Shown: positions 62,858 to 64,000 of the stretch, in pieces
Layout: every line of letters starts with the position of its first letter
Numbering within the stretch: the first letter of the stretch is position 1
Assembly (NCBI GenBank): GCA_973895155.1
Contig: OZ316892.1
Coordinates: forward strand, 6,927,251 to 6,991,250
Direction: 5' to 3'
Length of the DNA stretch: 64,000 nucleotides
From: Marsupella aquatica
Taxonomy: Eukaryota; Plantae; Marchantiophyta
Notes under the pieces: generated by a model
Database searches by the model: none
What the model was told of the DNA's origin: nothing
Seen by the model: the letters and a program-made list of their open reading frames with translations, nothing else
Position numbers and translations under genes: made by a program

Positions 62858-64000
62858 CATGATGGGTCAACGGAGGATAGCGAAGAGTCTTCCGAGTAAT
62901 TTTTGTCTCTCGTAAGCTCCTTTATCCTTTCAATTGTTGGCTAACCATCAATTCCACTGGTTCTATCTGTTAAGTACTTACTTCCTCTTTCTCTTCCGCT
63001 TCTCTTTTGAGCAGGTCAGAATGGAACCAAAAAAACGGTTTTAACTCCGGAGGAAAGTGGCTTGAAATGTAATCATCACTCCCAAGAAGCCGTTTGTGTT
63101 GCCATCATACGCTGAGAACGTCGCAAGGAAGGTAGAGAAATTTAGAACGCTCTGCTGGGAAACAAAAGGACTTAGGCTTCTTAGGGGAGTAGACAGGAAG
63201 TTCATGAGGAACCCCTATGTAGATGATGTTTCTAGAAGCAAGTATATTGATGATGAGGCAGAGTCGACCGACAGATCTCATAGCTCCAAGAATGAGAGCT
63301 CAGAATATGACACTGAAGGGTAGCAATTTTCTCCTCTATCAGGTCAAACTTCCTCCCAACTGTACGAGTATGCCCTTGGTTTTTGTTAGCATCGGGCGCT
63401 ATTGAATTTATTAAATATGAATTGAGTTTGATGGAGGTTGCCCCTTCCATTCAATGGTTAATGTGGTCTTTAGTAACGTCCTTTGTGTGGGTTCCTTTCC
63501 TTGTTTAACTAGCACCCGACGCTCCCCAAAAAACACGTTGGAAGTTTCCGTTTGATATTTGTCATTTCCGCCATAGTGTCATTTGGCTTTCAGTCGGCGA
63601 CTAGTACCGTCAAGAGGACCAATAACGGGAAATCCAAGCCCCTTATAAACATACTATTGTTTCTTTCAAAGTCCATTGCTCTCGTTCTTCTCCTTCTTGA
63701 TTCCATGGAAGGCCAGTGTATCGACGGCCCACAAGAGCATATGTCAACTTCCAATTAGATGGTTTCCGCCAAGATCCAGATCGTCAGGACGCTGGGATTG
63801 ATGATGACTGTCACTCTTCGAGCTAGGACATTGTACGAGGAAGCACCCACCGGGAGTATTAGCGCCTGGCGCTAGTTACAATTGCACTGGAAACTTTAGT
63901 GTTCCTATGTAGCAATATTTGTACATCAAGGACAATATGTTTCACTTAAATAAAAAAACTCGGGTTTCTTTTCTTTCAATTTCCCGTTAGAAGTTATGAC

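Larger units (their letters stand above)
54127..63874. repeat. Dispersed palindrome TAGCGCCWGGCGCTA, ~15 copies
   Basis: Starts at 54127, 54220, 55921, 56034, 58422, 58486, 58631, 58785, 59946, 61362, 61433, 62222, 63387, 63510 (degenerate), 63860. Confidence 0.92.
54127..64000. mobile_element. Mutator-like (MULE) DNA transposon with accessory ParB/MTase-like gene; termini not defined
   Basis: Divergent transposase and accessory genes share dispersed 15-bp palindromes from 54127 to 63874. TIR/TSD not identified; the element probably extends beyond the window. Confidence 0.7.

Overview
Intron-containing nuclear DNA from a land plant. A seedless plant with flagellated sperm is likely, inferred from the basal-body-type centrin and compact introns. 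Host genes: KEG RING-kinase-ankyrin-HERC2 E3 ligase (- strand, 1454-10478); two centrin genes inside a ~4-5 kb inverted duplication (+ 16746-18656, - 48697-50588); an extended serine palmitoyltransferase small subunit (+ 31180-32070); orphan 3' exons of a GH38 alpha-mannosidase (- ~33912-34880); and a SPOUT1/C9orf114-like methyltransferase (- 41142-44099). Mobile DNA: a LINE remnant, a full-length young Ty1/copia element (22612-29277; 332-bp LTRs, AAATG TSD), a probable Helitron 3' end at 52719 and a decayed CHR27/CHR28-like SNF2 fragment. The most striking region is ~54100-64000, a Mutator-like element. Its GCM/WRKY-like + DDE + SWIM transposase sits head-to-head with a spliced gene encoding a ParB/Srx-like N-terminal domain and a C-terminal beta-class amino (N6A/N4C) DNA methyltransferase-like domain. 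About 15 copies of the palindrome TAGCGCCWGGCGCTA lie in the element's introns and other non-coding parts. This is a candidate transposon-encoded protein plus cognate-site system. This copy is decayed by C-to-T-type nonsense mutations. All family assignments come from motif recognition by eye; no database searches were run.
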